64,000 nt of DNA from assembly GCA_964604165.1 (NCBI GenBank), contig CAZRYF010000013.1, positions 3,408 to 67,407 of the forward strand. Reading direction: 5' to 3'. Shown here one piece after another: positions 50,930 through 60,803 of this stretch. A program made the translations under genes and the position numbers. Numbering within the stretch: position 1 is the stretch's first letter; each line of letters opens with the position of its first letter. Origin of the DNA: an uncultured Enterobacterales bacterium (GTDB lineage: Bacteria; Myxococcota_A; UBA796; CAJQPC01). The notes below the pieces were generated by a model. The model saw only the letters and a list, made by a program, of their open reading frames with translations. It was not told the origin of the DNA and searched no databases.

Positions 50930-51169
50930 GAAATTGCCTAACCCAGATTCTCCGCCCTCACCTGCTGCCTTCGGCCAAAGCCTGTGAGCAGGGAGAGCCG
51001 TGAAGACTCGCGTATTGACCACCCTCATGGCTTCGAGATAAGTTCAACGACCTCGCGCGACACTTGGAGAGGCTCGATCCGCGTTGGGAAACAGGTGGAT
51101 TTCCTGACACAAGGCCAAATCCTCTTGGACGTCAATTGGTGCCGGTAGTTTAGACAACCCTCCCTTCCA

Positions 51170-53071
51170 ATGATCCCTTTCGTACACCGCTTTCGCCGAA
51201 ACCTCGTGGACGGGCTCGTGCTCGTGTTGGCCTTCGTCACCGCTTTCATGGTGCGGTTTGACGGAGTGCTGCCAGAGCAGATGCTCAAGCGAATGGTGTT
51301 CTTGCTGCCCTACGTGGTGGTGTTTCGCTATCTGACCCTTTCAATGGTCGGTGTGCCGCGTTTCGCCTGGCGCTTCGTGGGGCTCCGTGAGAGCGGGCGA
51401 ATTCTCCAGGGGGTCTTTCTTTCCAGTCTGTTCTTTGTCTTTCTTCGCGTCGCTGGGGAACAGGCGCTCGATTTGACGGGACGGGCTCGGTACCTGCTCA
51501 TTCCCTATGGCGTGATCATCATCGATGCGCTGTTGGCCTTCTTGGGTATTGCCGGCGTTCGGGTCTTGGCGCGGTTGCGCAACGAGCGGCGCTCCCGATT
51601 GCGTCACCTGTCGCCGTCCGTGTCCGGCCCGCCTGTGCGCGTTCTCCTGGTGGGCGCTGGGTCTGCTGGGGCCCAGGTGGCCCGGGGAATCATCGCTCGG
51701 CCCGACATGGGGCTCTTCCCCGTGGGCTTTGTGGATGACGATAGCTTGAAGCACGGTAGTGATGTGCACGGTCTCCGGGTGTTGGGAAGTTGTAGCGATT
51801 TGGAGCGGCTGGTCGCTGCCCACGAGGTGAGCGAGGCAATCATCACCATTGCGAACGCCTCGACATCAGAGATTCGCCAAGTTGTTTCCCTTTGCGCCTT
51901 GGCGGGTGTAGACGCCAAGATCATTCCGGCTCTCCACGAGATTCTCGACGGGCGGGTGGAGATCTCCCGCATCCGAAAGGTATCGATTGATGATCTCCTG
52001 GGCCGAGACGTTGTGTCTCTGGATCTTGATTTGGTTGGAGGCTTTGTCGAAGGCCGCTCGATAATGGTCACGGGCGCGGGTGGCTCCATCGGCAGCGAGC
52101 TGTGCCGACAAGTTGCCCGCCTTCGGCCGGCGCTGCTTGTCCTTGTGGAGCGGGCCGAGCCGTCGCTTTTCTCGATCCACCGTGAGCTGTCTGCCCTGGT
52201 GCCAGATCTGGAGATCGTTGCCGCTGTTGCGGATGTCGGTGACGGCCCTCGGGTGGCCACGCTCATGACCCGCCACGAGCCCGACGTGATCTTCCACGCT
52301 GCAGCGCACAAGCACGTGCCTCTCATGGAGACCAACGCAGGGGAAGCCATCAAGAACAATGTATTTGGGACCCGAACTCTGGCCACTGCGGCATGTGCTC
52401 ATGGGGTGGAGACCTTTGTGCTCATCAGCACGGACAAGGCAGTGAACCCTACCTCGATCATGGGGGCGACCAAGCGTGTGGCAGAGGTGCTCGCCCGTTC
52501 TATTGGCCAAGAGTCGAGCACACGCTTTGTCGCAGTTCGCTTTGGCAACGTGCTGGGTTCGGCGGGATCCGTGATCCCCATCTTCGAGAACCAGATTGCC
52601 GCTGGCGGACCTGTCACCGTCACCCACCCGGACATGCAGCGGTACTTTATGACCATCCCCGAGGCGAGCCAATTGGTCATCCAGGCGGGAGCCATGGGCC
52701 AGGGTGGGGAGATCTACACGCTTGACATGGGGCAGCCAGTGCGCATCGTGGACCTGGCGCGGGACATGATTCGCCTCTCGGGTCTTAAGCCAGACGAGGA
52801 CATCGAGATCGTCTTTTCAGGGATTCGGCCCGGCGAAAAGCTCTTCGAGGAACTCAGGCTCCAAGCAGAGGCCATGGACGACACGGATCATCCCAAGATC
52901 TTCGGGGGGCGGCTTGGTCCAGTGGCCGCCCAAGAAGTGGCAGAGGGGCTTGAGCGTCTCGGGGCCTGCTGCCAGAGTGAGGAGCGCCAGGAGGTAATGG
53001 AGGCGCTCAGGGGCCTTGTGCCCGAGTTGCAGGAGGATGCACGGAAGGGGAACCTGCAGCCGCAGCCTTGA
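51170..53071 (+). CDS. membrane-anchored NDP-sugar 4,6-dehydratase/epimerase (CapD/WbpM/PglF-like)
   Basis: N-terminal TM helices are followed by IMVTGAGGSIGSELCRQV, FHAAAHKHVPLME, STDKAVNPTSIMGATKR and FGNVLGSAGSVIP. Confidence 0.85.
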   Translation: MIPFVHRFRRNLVDGLVLVLAFVTAFMVRFDGVLPEQMLKRMVFLLPYVVVFRYLTLSMVGVPRFAWRFVGLRESGRILQGVFLSSLFFVFLRVAGEQALDLTGRARYLLIPYGVIIIDALLAFLGIAGVRVLARLRNERRSRLRHLSPSVSGPPVRVLLVGAGSAGAQVARGIIARPDMGLFPVGFVDDDSLKHGSDVHGLRVLGSCSDLERLVAAHEVSEAIITIANASTSEIRQVVSLCALAGVDAKIIPALHEILDGRVEISRIRKVSIDDLLGRDVVSLDLDLVGGFVEGRSIMVTGAGGSIGSELCRQVARLRPALLVLVERAEPSLFSIHRELSALVPDLEIVAAVADVGDGPRVATLMTRHEPDVIFHAAAHKHVPLMETNAGEAIKNNVFGTRTLATAACAHGVETFVLISTDKAVNPTSIMGATKRVAEVLARSIGQESSTRFVAVRFGNVLGSAGSVIPIFENQIAAGGPVTVTHPDMQRYFMTIPEASQLVIQAGAMGQGGEIYTLDMGQPVRIVDLARDMIRLSGLKPDEDIEIVFSGIRPGEKLFEELRLQAEAMDDTDHPKIFGGRLGPVAAQEVAEGLERLGACCQSEERQEVMEALRGLVPELQEDARKGNLQPQP

Positions 53072-53240
53072 ATCTTCGGATTCTACTGAGTGCGTACGGT
53101 GCGCCGGTTTTGCTTCCCTTGCGCCGGTTCATGGAGGCCGCGGTGCGACACTCTTGGCTGGAGCCGGAGCGCGGAAGGAGACTTGTCGCCTGGGCGAGGG
53201 AATCGGGTGGCCCCCGATGGGTCGCCTGGGAGGAGATGGT

Positions 53241-54092
53241 CTACTTCTTGGTTCCCACGGCGCACCAGAATGGCAGATTCTCTGAGAACTCGATGTTTTC
53301 AAGGTCTGCGTCCACCATCATGTCGTGAATCTGCTCCCGCGTGAAGCGCTGCTCGAGCCTTGTACCGAGCCGGTCGAGGGCATTGTTCCGAATCATGTAG
53401 AACGTGCGATGTCGGAAGTCGCTCAGGGGAAAATTGGAAACGTCCATTCCCAGCGATTCTGCAAGCAGGGCCGACTTTGTCAGTGGCAGGAAAACGGTCG
53501 CTGCAAGCACCTGGCTCGCAGCGAAGCGTGGCCCCGGTGGGAGCCTTGACACGCTGCCCCGGAGCAATTCGCTGGCTTTCCAGACCCCTCGGTACCAGAG
53601 CGGACGGTTCTCCATGGCGTAGTAGAGGTACACCAGGAAGGGGGCGCCCGGCTTGAGTTTTGAGGTGCAGGAAGCGAGAGCCGCCCCTGTATCGGGGATG
53701 TGGTGGAGCACCCCGAGCGAGTACCCAAAGTCCATGCTCCCGTCCTTGAGCGGAATCGAGTCGACGCTGGCCTTGTGGAACGCACAATTTGGCTGGTCGG
53801 CGAGATTTCGCCTGGCGACCTCGATGGCGCCGCTGGGGTCGATGCAATGCAGTTTCCCCACTCTCCTGGCGCAGATCTTCGCCCAGCGTCCGCTTCCGCA
53901 TCCCAGGTCAAATCCCTCAGCGTTGGCGGGCAGGGTGTCCCATGGAAAGACCGCAAAATAGGCCTCAAAGATGCGTTGGTGCTCTTTGCGTTCCCAATCT
54001 GTCAGGTTTGACTGGTCAAACCGCTCCCACTCGTCGCCGAATCCTCGTACGGTAGACTCGTCTGCATTCCTCATTGTTCGGAATCCTCTCAA
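53241..54092 (-). CDS. class I SAM-dependent methyltransferase
   Basis: Motif I FDLGCGSGRW and motif post-II MDFGYSLGVLHHIPD. An alternative start is 54074. Confidence 0.8.
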   Translation of the reverse strand: MRGFRTMRNADESTVRGFGDEWERFDQSNLTDWERKEHQRIFEAYFAVFPWDTLPANAEGFDLGCGSGRWAKICARRVGKLHCIDPSGAIEVARRNLADQPNCAFHKASVDSIPLKDGSMDFGYSLGVLHHIPDTGAALASCTSKLKPGAPFLVYLYYAMENRPLWYRGVWKASELLRGSVSRLPPGPRFAASQVLAATVFLPLTKSALLAESLGMDVSNFPLSDFRHRTFYMIRNNALDRLGTRLEQRFTREQIHDMMVDADLENIEFSENLPFWCAVGTKK

Positions 54093-54368
54093 GGCTACCG
54101 GGAGAGTCTGCAGTGGCCGTGACCACTGGTTGTTCAGTTGGAGCGGAGGGTAATTGGTTCAGTCTCGTGCCGCCGGCTCCATTTCTTTCTTCCGGTTGGG
54201 GCCAGGAGGATTCAGGTAAGTGTTGAAACGGAACGTGTGGGGCTGTCACTCAGGTCCGCTGCGCTCGATTCCTGCCCACAGTCCCCCCGTCGGCCGGGGG
54301 GAGTCCCAGAGGGGACCGTCCTACAATCTTGAGTCTATTTCCGCTCACTCGCTCGATTGCTCGATTGC

Positions 54369-55253
54369 TCAGCTTTGTGCTTGGGGCCCCTGGGGCCTGC
54401 CACTCGCCTCCGCCTCGTTCCAGAAACCGTGGATGCCGGTCTCGTCCACTTTGCACCAACTCATAGAGGCGGTGGTGCGCCGGGCCACCCAGTGTCCGGT
54501 CTTGTCCACCGCTATGAAACCGGCCCGCCAGTCCCATTCCTGCATCTCGCTGATCAGGTCCAATGCGGCAGCGTTCAGGTCCGCTCCTCGCCGGCTTGCT
54601 TCAGTGAGTCGCACCGCCAGGGCGCAGTCCACGATGTGCTCTCCGACCCCGGTGGTCGTGACCGCACAGTGGGCGTTTGCGTGGTTGCCGGCCACCGTGC
54701 ACGAGTCGCTGACCCTTCCAACCCGCTCCATACCGCGGCCCCCGGTGCTGCTCGCGGCGCAAAGGTCACCGCGATCGTCCAGCGCCACTGCGCCCACGGT
54801 TCCTGTTTCCCCTTCCAAGGCTGCCTGCCAGGCGCGAAGGGCAGCCTCGCTGCGCACATCCCCCAAGGGCAGTCCCAGCTCTTGGGCTCGCTGCACTGCA
54901 CCACCTCCAGCAAGCACCCGATCCTTCTCGCCCAAGAGGTGGTGACAGAGCAGGATTGGATTCGGCAACTTCTCCGCGTTGATCACGCCGGAAAAGCGGC
55001 GTGTCGATCCATCGCAGAGGCTCGCGGAGAGGCGGGCTGCCCCATCCTGCTGGAGCTTGCTTCCAAGTCCCGCGTTGAAGAGGGGGTTGTCCTCCAGCAG
55101 CCTCGTGGCCTCGATCACCGCGAGCAGCGCCCCGGACTTCTGTAGGGTGGCGAAGGCAGCGGCAGCCACTTCTTCCAGGGCAGCTTGAATGGCTCCCCGG
55201 GTCTTTTCATCTCGTGCTTTGCCTGCGCCGCCATGGAGGAGAAGAATGGACAT
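54369..55253 (-). CDS. isoaspartyl peptidase / L-asparaginase (Ntn hydrolase, asparaginase-2 family)
   Basis: ILLLHGGAG, the autoprocessing site GETGTVGAVALD, and SSTGG. Confidence 0.85.
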   Translation of the reverse strand: MSILLLHGGAGKARDEKTRGAIQAALEEVAAAAFATLQKSGALLAVIEATRLLEDNPLFNAGLGSKLQQDGAARLSASLCDGSTRRFSGVINAEKLPNPILLCHHLLGEKDRVLAGGGAVQRAQELGLPLGDVRSEAALRAWQAALEGETGTVGAVALDDRGDLCAASSTGGRGMERVGRVSDSCTVAGNHANAHCAVTTTGVGEHIVDCALAVRLTEASRRGADLNAAALDLISEMQEWDWRAGFIAVDKTGHWVARRTTASMSWCKVDETGIHGFWNEAEASGRPQGPQAQS

Positions 55254-55262
55254 GGTGGGAGC

Positions 55263-56996
55263 CTATCCCGCGGCACCCAACCCTTTGCGGACCAGGTCTG
55301 CGTAGCGGCCATTTTGGGCCAGAAGATGGTCGTGGTTCCCTTGTTCGATCACCCGGCCACCATCGAGCACCACAATGCGATCCGCTTTGGCGATGGTGGA
55401 GAGACGGTGGGCGATCACCAGCACGGTCTTCTTCTCCAGGATCTTTGAAACCGCATCCTGCACCATGGCCTCTGTGACCGAGTCCACCGATGCGGTGGCT
55501 TCATCCAGAATCACCACCACCGGGTCGTAGGCCATGGTGCGGGCAAAGGTCAAGAGCTGCCCCTGGCCCGAGGAGAGGTTGGCTCCACGCTCCCGGAGCA
55601 CATGGTTCCAGCCTTCCGCCAGGCCCTCCACCAGGGAGTCCGCGTGCACCAGTGCTGCGGCGGCGTTCAGGCGGGCATCGTCCAGCCCCTCTGCGCCCAG
55701 GCCCACGTTGAAGGCGATGGTGTCCCCAAAGAGGTGCACGTCCTGGTGCACGGCCGCCACGTGTCGCCGAAGCACCGAGGGGCGAATCTCGGAGATCTCC
55801 ACCCCATCCAGGGTGATCGAGCCCTGGTAGCCGTCATAGGCCCGGGTAAGCAGCCTGGAGAGCGTGGTTTTGCCGCACCCGGTGTGTCCCACAAGCGCCA
55901 CCACCTCTCCCGGCTCCACCTCCAGGTCAATGCCATGGAGCACCTCTTGTCCGGGCTCATAGGCAAACCGGACCTTTCGAAGCTGGATCTTCCCCTCAAT
56001 TTCGGTCGGTTCGATGCCTGCATCCTCGATGCGGGTGCCGTTGTCCAGCAGGGTGAAGATCTTCTCCAACGCTGCGGTGGCGCGCTGAATGACAGCCACC
56101 TTGCCGGAAAACTGCTGAAGAGGCCGAAAGAGGCGGTCCAGGTAGTCGATGAAGGCCACAAGGAGTCCTGCGGTCACTGTGCCCGAGAGCCAGCCAGAGC
56201 TTCCGTACCAAAGCAGCAGCGCGATGCAGATTCGTCCGGTGGAGTCCACCACGGCAAACATGAGGGCATCCCAGACGTTGGAGCGAATGGACGTGTCACG
56301 GTAGGCTCGGTTTCGCCGCTTGAACTCAGCCAGGGATGCCTCTTCATGGGAGTAGAGTTGCACCACCTCGACCCCCGCGAGCCGCTCCGCAAGAAAGGCG
56401 TTGACCTGGGCCAGTTGTTCCCGGACCAGCAAGAAACAGTCCCGTAGGCGCAGCCGACACACCTGGAGCGCAAACAGAAGGGGGGGGGCCACGAGAAGCA
56501 GGAGGAGGGTCAGGCGCCAGTCCATCATGAACATCACCGTGAGCACCCCGAGCACCACGAGCACGTCGAGTACGATGGTGACCACACCAGCGGTGAGGGC
56601 CTCTCCCAGGGACTCCACGTCCGAGATCGCCCGGGTGAGAAGGGCGCCGGCAGGCCGCTTGTCGAAAAAGGCCGGGGCCAGGGACAAGAGCTGCTGGTAG
56701 ACGGAGTCTCGCAGGCGCACGATGGTGCGCTGGCCCGCGTGGGCCAGGGCCAGCATGTACGCCCCCTCCACCAGGTAGGTCAGCAGGGCCACCAGGGCAT
56801 ACGCCACGGCCAGCCGATCCAGGTCCGCAAGCTCCCCAGGCACGATGTGCTCATCCAGGGCCTGCTTCAGCATCAAGGGCTGCACCAGGGCCCCGGCCAT
56901 GGCCAAGGGGGTCAGCACCAGCGCCAAGAGGAACAGGTGGCGATCCGGCCGGGCGTGGGGCCATAGGCGTCCCAGGAGCTCTCGATCGGTCTTCAT
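55263..56996 (-). CDS. ABC exporter, fused permease/ATPase (half transporter B)
   Basis: Six-helix TMD, then Walker A GHTGCGKTTL, signature LSSGQGQLL and Walker B VVILDEATASVD. Confidence 0.9.
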   Translation of the reverse strand: MKTDRELLGRLWPHARPDRHLFLLALVLTPLAMAGALVQPLMLKQALDEHIVPGELADLDRLAVAYALVALLTYLVEGAYMLALAHAGQRTIVRLRDSVYQQLLSLAPAFFDKRPAGALLTRAISDVESLGEALTAGVVTIVLDVLVVLGVLTVMFMMDWRLTLLLLLVAPPLLFALQVCRLRLRDCFLLVREQLAQVNAFLAERLAGVEVVQLYSHEEASLAEFKRRNRAYRDTSIRSNVWDALMFAVVDSTGRICIALLLWYGSSGWLSGTVTAGLLVAFIDYLDRLFRPLQQFSGKVAVIQRATAALEKIFTLLDNGTRIEDAGIEPTEIEGKIQLRKVRFAYEPGQEVLHGIDLEVEPGEVVALVGHTGCGKTTLSRLLTRAYDGYQGSITLDGVEISEIRPSVLRRHVAAVHQDVHLFGDTIAFNVGLGAEGLDDARLNAAAALVHADSLVEGLAEGWNHVLRERGANLSSGQGQLLTFARTMAYDPVVVILDEATASVDSVTEAMVQDAVSKILEKKTVLVIAHRLSTIAKADRIVVLDGGRVIEQGNHDHLLAQNGRYADLVRKGLGAAG

Positions 56997-58756
56997 GGGC
57001 TCACAACCTGGGGTCGTTGTTTCTGGGATTGTTGCAGCCAGGCGTCGCGGTAGGGGCCCGTCCGGGCCACAAGATCTTCGTGGGTTCCACTGTCCACGAG
57101 CCGGCCTTCGTCCAGGACCAGGATGCGATCCGCGTGAAGCATGGCCGATACACGGTGGGACACCAGGAGCGTGGTCGGACGCCCTCGGCCTTCACGGGTA
57201 GCCTGGGACCGGGCTCGGAGGGCGGCGATCAGGCGCTGCTCCGTGTCGTGATCCACGGCGGACAAGACGTCGTCCAGGAGCAGCAGGTCAAAGTCCCGGT
57301 ACAGCCCCCTTGCCAGGGCGACTCGCTGGCGCTGGCCTCCTGAGAGCATGATTCCCCGCTCCCCCACAAGCGTGTTCAGGCCGTCTTGGAGGGCGGCAAG
57401 GTCCGTGCCCAGGGCTGCATCCTCCACAGCCTCTTTCAGGCGCTCTGGTTGGGGGTCTCCCAGGGCCACGTTCTCGGCGATGGTGTTGGAAAACAAGAAC
57501 GGCGCCTGGGGCACCACGGAGAGCTGGCGCCTCCAATCGTCCAGGTCCAGGTCCAACAGGTCGGTTCCCTCGACGGAGATGCTGCCAGATGGGGCGTTGT
57601 AGCAGCGTGCGATCAGGCGCAGGAGCGTGGTCTTTCCCGAACCGGTGCGGCCAAAAAGTCCGACCATGGAGCCGCCGGGGATGTCCACACTGATGTCCTT
57701 CAACACGGGGTTGGGGTCGTCTGGGTAGGAGAACACAAGATTCTTCAGGGAAATCCCGGGGCCTCCTGATCCTTCTCTGCGGTGACCGTTGGCCCCTTCA
57801 GGCCGCTCGGGGATTGCGTGCAGGATTTCTTCAATTCGAACCAGGCTGGCGAGACCTCGCTGGAAGACGCTCAAGAGCCACCCGAGGGAGCGCAAGGGCA
57901 TCAGGAGAATCCCTACATAGGTGGTGAATGCCACCAGTTGTCCGATGCTGATGGTACCGGCAGCCGTCAGTCGGCCTCCCAGGAGGAGCAGGACCGCAAG
58001 GGAGAGGCTGCCGGCCAGTTTGAGCAAGGGCATGTGAAGGGACCGGACCCAGGCGAGATCCAGGTTCACCTTGAGGTAGACCTCGTTGCGCTCCAGGAAA
58101 CGGTCACGAAAGGCACTCTCTGCGTTGAATCCTTGGATGGTGTGAATGCCCTGGAGGCTGGAGAGCACGTTTTCTGAGAGGGCAGAGAGAGCTTCCTGGC
58201 TCTCCCGCACCAGGGTAAAGAGGCGCCGCATGCCCAGCTGCACCACGCAGATGGCCAGAAGGATGGGGGCCAGGGCCAGCAACGTGAGCATGGGGGAGAT
58301 GCGCACCATTTCTGCCCCGGCCAGGGAGATGGCGGCGGTGACATTGAAGATCTGCAGTCCCCCAAACCCCACAAGCGCCCGAAGCATGGTCACGTCGTTG
58401 CTGACCCGTGACACAATGTCCCCCACCTTCCAGCGGGCGTAGAAGTCGGGCTGTAGAAGCAGCAGCTTGTGGAACAGGTTGTTCTTGAGGCGGTACTCCA
58501 ACATGCGCCCAGGGGTGAAGAACAGCACCCGGGACAAGGTCCGCACCACCAGAATGGCTGCGCCCATCACGGCGATCCGCACCATGGCCCGGCGAATCAT
58601 CGCCGGATCCCCCCCCAGGGCATCCACGGCTACGGCAAGCTCCAGGGGAATCTGGACGGTGATCCAGTTGGTGGCCAGCAGAAAGACCGTGCCCGCTGCG
58701 TACCAGTGCCAGTAGCGCAGCGCGTAGCGCCGCAGAAACGAAATCAATCGCCTCAA
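56993..58756 (-). CDS. ABC exporter, fused permease/ATPase (half transporter A)
   Basis: Six-helix TMD, then Walker A GRTGSGKTTL, signature LSGGQRQRV and Walker B LLLLDDVLSAVD. It has a 4-nt overlap with the downstream paralogue. Confidence 0.9.
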   Translation of the reverse strand: MRRLISFLRRYALRYWHWYAAGTVFLLATNWITVQIPLELAVAVDALGGDPAMIRRAMVRIAVMGAAILVVRTLSRVLFFTPGRMLEYRLKNNLFHKLLLLQPDFYARWKVGDIVSRVSNDVTMLRALVGFGGLQIFNVTAAISLAGAEMVRISPMLTLLALAPILLAICVVQLGMRRLFTLVRESQEALSALSENVLSSLQGIHTIQGFNAESAFRDRFLERNEVYLKVNLDLAWVRSLHMPLLKLAGSLSLAVLLLLGGRLTAAGTISIGQLVAFTTYVGILLMPLRSLGWLLSVFQRGLASLVRIEEILHAIPERPEGANGHRREGSGGPGISLKNLVFSYPDDPNPVLKDISVDIPGGSMVGLFGRTGSGKTTLLRLIARCYNAPSGSISVEGTDLLDLDLDDWRRQLSVVPQAPFLFSNTIAENVALGDPQPERLKEAVEDAALGTDLAALQDGLNTLVGERGIMLSGGQRQRVALARGLYRDFDLLLLDDVLSAVDHDTEQRLIAALRARSQATREGRGRPTTLLVSHRVSAMLHADRILVLDEGRLVDSGTHEDLVARTGPYRDAWLQQSQKQRPQVVSP

Positions 58757-59211
58757 TTCGAGCTACCCACCCAACTCCGGGAAGGGTCCACCAGAAAGCG
58801 GCCCGCAAGTGCATCGCGGCCCAACACCAGGTGAGGTGGGCCAGAGGTGGCGACAAGAGTCAGCTTGGCGGAAAAACGAGCGCCCGCCAGGAGCACCACC
58901 AACTCCACCTCCAACTCCTCACTGTCCGGGACCAACGGCAGGTCCAATTCGCTCTTGCCCAGGGAGAGCGAAATGCGTCCGGGGGCCACCTGGCGCATCT
59001 CCCCGTGCAGTGACGAGGTCTCCCGACCCGTGGCGCACCAGGTCTTCAGGTCCTTCACACCCCACTCCGGGAACGCCACGCGCTCCATCCATCCCACAGT
59101 GACAAGCTCCATCCAAAGGGAATCACTGATCTCATCGCTCTCGTCTTCCAGGGCCCACTGCTCTTCTTCAGGCGGGGGATTGGTGTCGGATTCGTCTTTT
59201 TGGGAGGACAT
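58753..59211 (-). CDS. RimB/DUF785-like (retropepsin-like 'ATP-dependent zinc protease' family) protein, possibly inactive
   Basis: GWMERVAFPEWGVKDLKTWCATGRETSSLHG resembles the family block GW.E.V.LP.LG...KAK.DTGA.TSSLHA as I recall it. The Asp of DTG reads Ala here. It has a 4-nt overlap with the downstream ABC gene. Confidence 0.45.
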   Translation of the reverse strand: MSSQKDESDTNPPPEEEQWALEDESDEISDSLWMELVTVGWMERVAFPEWGVKDLKTWCATGRETSSLHGEMRQVAPGRISLSLGKSELDLPLVPDSEELEVELVVLLAGARFSAKLTLVATSGPPHLVLGRDALAGRFLVDPSRSWVGSSN

Positions 59212-59260
59212 CGGGCCCTACTCTACCCCGCGACCTGTGCGCTGTGGATATGCTCCCCCT

Positions 59261-60742
59261 GTGATTTCCGCACTTCTCTGGGTGGGCATGGTTCTCGCGG
59301 GTCCGATGCAGGATGCCCAGGAGTTGGTGCGTCTGGGGCCCAGGGTGGCGGGGACCGAGGGTGGAGACAGGGCCCAAGCCTGGGTGTTGGGGGAGCTGGC
59401 AGAGGCTGGATACCCTGCGCGGCGCTTGGGTGGTCCTCCCGGTGCAGGTGTGGTGGTGGGGTGCCAACCGGGGGACGGCCCGGCCTTCTGGGTGTTGGCG
59501 CACACCGATGTTGTTCACCAGAACAGTCCAGGTGCGGTGGACAACGCGGCGGCTGTGGGGGTGGCGCTGGAAGTGGCGCGCCAGGTGCGGAGAGAAGGTC
59601 TGCCGGTGCGGGCCTGTTTTGGTTTCCCCGATGGGGAGGAGCTCGGACTCTACGGATCCCGGGTGCTTCAGGCTCGACTGGATCATGCCCCGGCTATGGT
59701 GGTGGCCCTCGATTTGCTGGGGCAGGGGGAGCTCACGGCCATGGGGCTGGGCCGAGACTGGGGTGAGCGCAGGCTTCGGTGGCTCCTGGGTGCTGCCCGG
59801 GTTCAGGTGCCTTACGCCTACCGCACTTTTTCCCGCATTTTTCCGGGACGAGAGCGTTCGGACCACGCGCCGTTTGCAGCGGCCGGTGTGCCAGCCCTGT
59901 TGTTGCTGGGTCGAGGCGAGGCCGGTGTCTATTGGTCGTACCACACGGAACACGATGGGCTGGATCGGTTGGAGCCCGATGCGGTGAGCGCAGCCACCGC
60001 CGCTCTGGTCTCCCTCTTGAGATCGGGACCTCCCCCTGTGGCTGAGGGTGGCGTTGCGGTGGTGGTTCCGGGGACTGACAAGGTGCTGGGAGATCTCTGG
60101 GTGTGGGTGCTCGTGGCCATGGGAGTCGGCGGAGGGATTGTCACGGGTCTCCGCTGGTGGCGGGAGGCGCTCTTGGGTTTTGGGTGGTGTCTTCTGGCCA
60201 CACTCGGGGGATGGGTCGCCTGGGAAGTGGCGGCATGGGGGCGGCCGGCCCACGGGTCCCTGGCGGAGCCTCTGACCTCCTTGTGGTGGGTTGGGGCCCT
60301 GGGGGTGCTGGGGTTTGCTCCCCACCGGGAGCGGGGCATTGCGGGGGGGGCTCTGGCCAGCGCCTGGCTGGCCCTTGGATTCCTGGCCCTGGATGCGACC
60401 CTCGCGTTGCCTTGGGCGGTGGTGGCCCTTGCCCTGGCCATGGGGAGCCGCGCCTGGCCCTTGATGATCTTGGCCTTGCCTATTCCCCTGTACGTGGCAG
60501 GGTCGGATCTCTGGCGCGAGCTGGTCTTTCACCAGGTGATTCCGGAGGGGGGAGCCTGGTGGATGCCAGTACGGGCCCTGGTGTTGTGGCCCCTGTGCTG
60601 CGTGGCTCTTTCGGTTCGAAGGGCGCCGCCGCTCTTCTGGGCCATCGGATTGGGGCTTGCATTGCTCGGCTTGGGGTACCGGGTGGCCTTGTTGGAGCCC
60701 TTTGAACCTCCCTTTGCGCCTCGGCATGCGCTGGTGCCTTAG
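59261..60742 (+). CDS. M28-family metallopeptidase fused to a C-terminal polytopic membrane domain
   Basis: Frame of ORF 58847-60742. The start is GTG 59261 (or 59237), after the divergent gene. The sequence shows WVLAHTDVV, GAVDNAAAVGVALE, FPDGEELGLYGS and SDHAPF, followed by about 7 hydrophobic helices. Confidence 0.7.
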   Translation: MISALLWVGMVLAGPMQDAQELVRLGPRVAGTEGGDRAQAWVLGELAEAGYPARRLGGPPGAGVVVGCQPGDGPAFWVLAHTDVVHQNSPGAVDNAAAVGVALEVARQVRREGLPVRACFGFPDGEELGLYGSRVLQARLDHAPAMVVALDLLGQGELTAMGLGRDWGERRLRWLLGAARVQVPYAYRTFSRIFPGRERSDHAPFAAAGVPALLLLGRGEAGVYWSYHTEHDGLDRLEPDAVSAATAALVSLLRSGPPPVAEGGVAVVVPGTDKVLGDLWVWVLVAMGVGGGIVTGLRWWREALLGFGWCLLATLGGWVAWEVAAWGRPAHGSLAEPLTSLWWVGALGVLGFAPHRERGIAGGALASAWLALGFLALDATLALPWAVVALALAMGSRAWPLMILALPIPLYVAGSDLWRELVFHQVIPEGGAWWMPVRALVLWPLCCVALSVRRAPPLFWAIGLGLALLGLGYRVALLEPFEPPFAPRHALVP

Positions 60743-60803
60743 CTCGTCAACCCGGCTGCCATTCGGATACAACGGAGGGCACAAGCAGATTGGAGACTGG
60801 ACC

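Noticed and set aside
53068-53328. 86-aa plus-strand ORF between the CapD-like and methyltransferase genes
   Set aside because: Its last 88 nt are antisense to the well-conserved C-terminus of the methyltransferase. It has no RBS or family signature. The central part looks protein-like, so a very short gene cannot be fully excluded.
54093-54368. 276-nt intergenic region screened for a tRNA or small RNA (GTTCGGAATCC at its left edge resembles a T-loop; a CCCCCCG/CGGGGGG hairpin lies at 54283-54301)
   Set aside because: The T-loop-like string has an 8-nt loop and no matching acceptor or anticodon arms. The hairpin is not followed by a U-tract on the relevant (minus) strand, so I call neither a tRNA nor a canonical intrinsic terminator.
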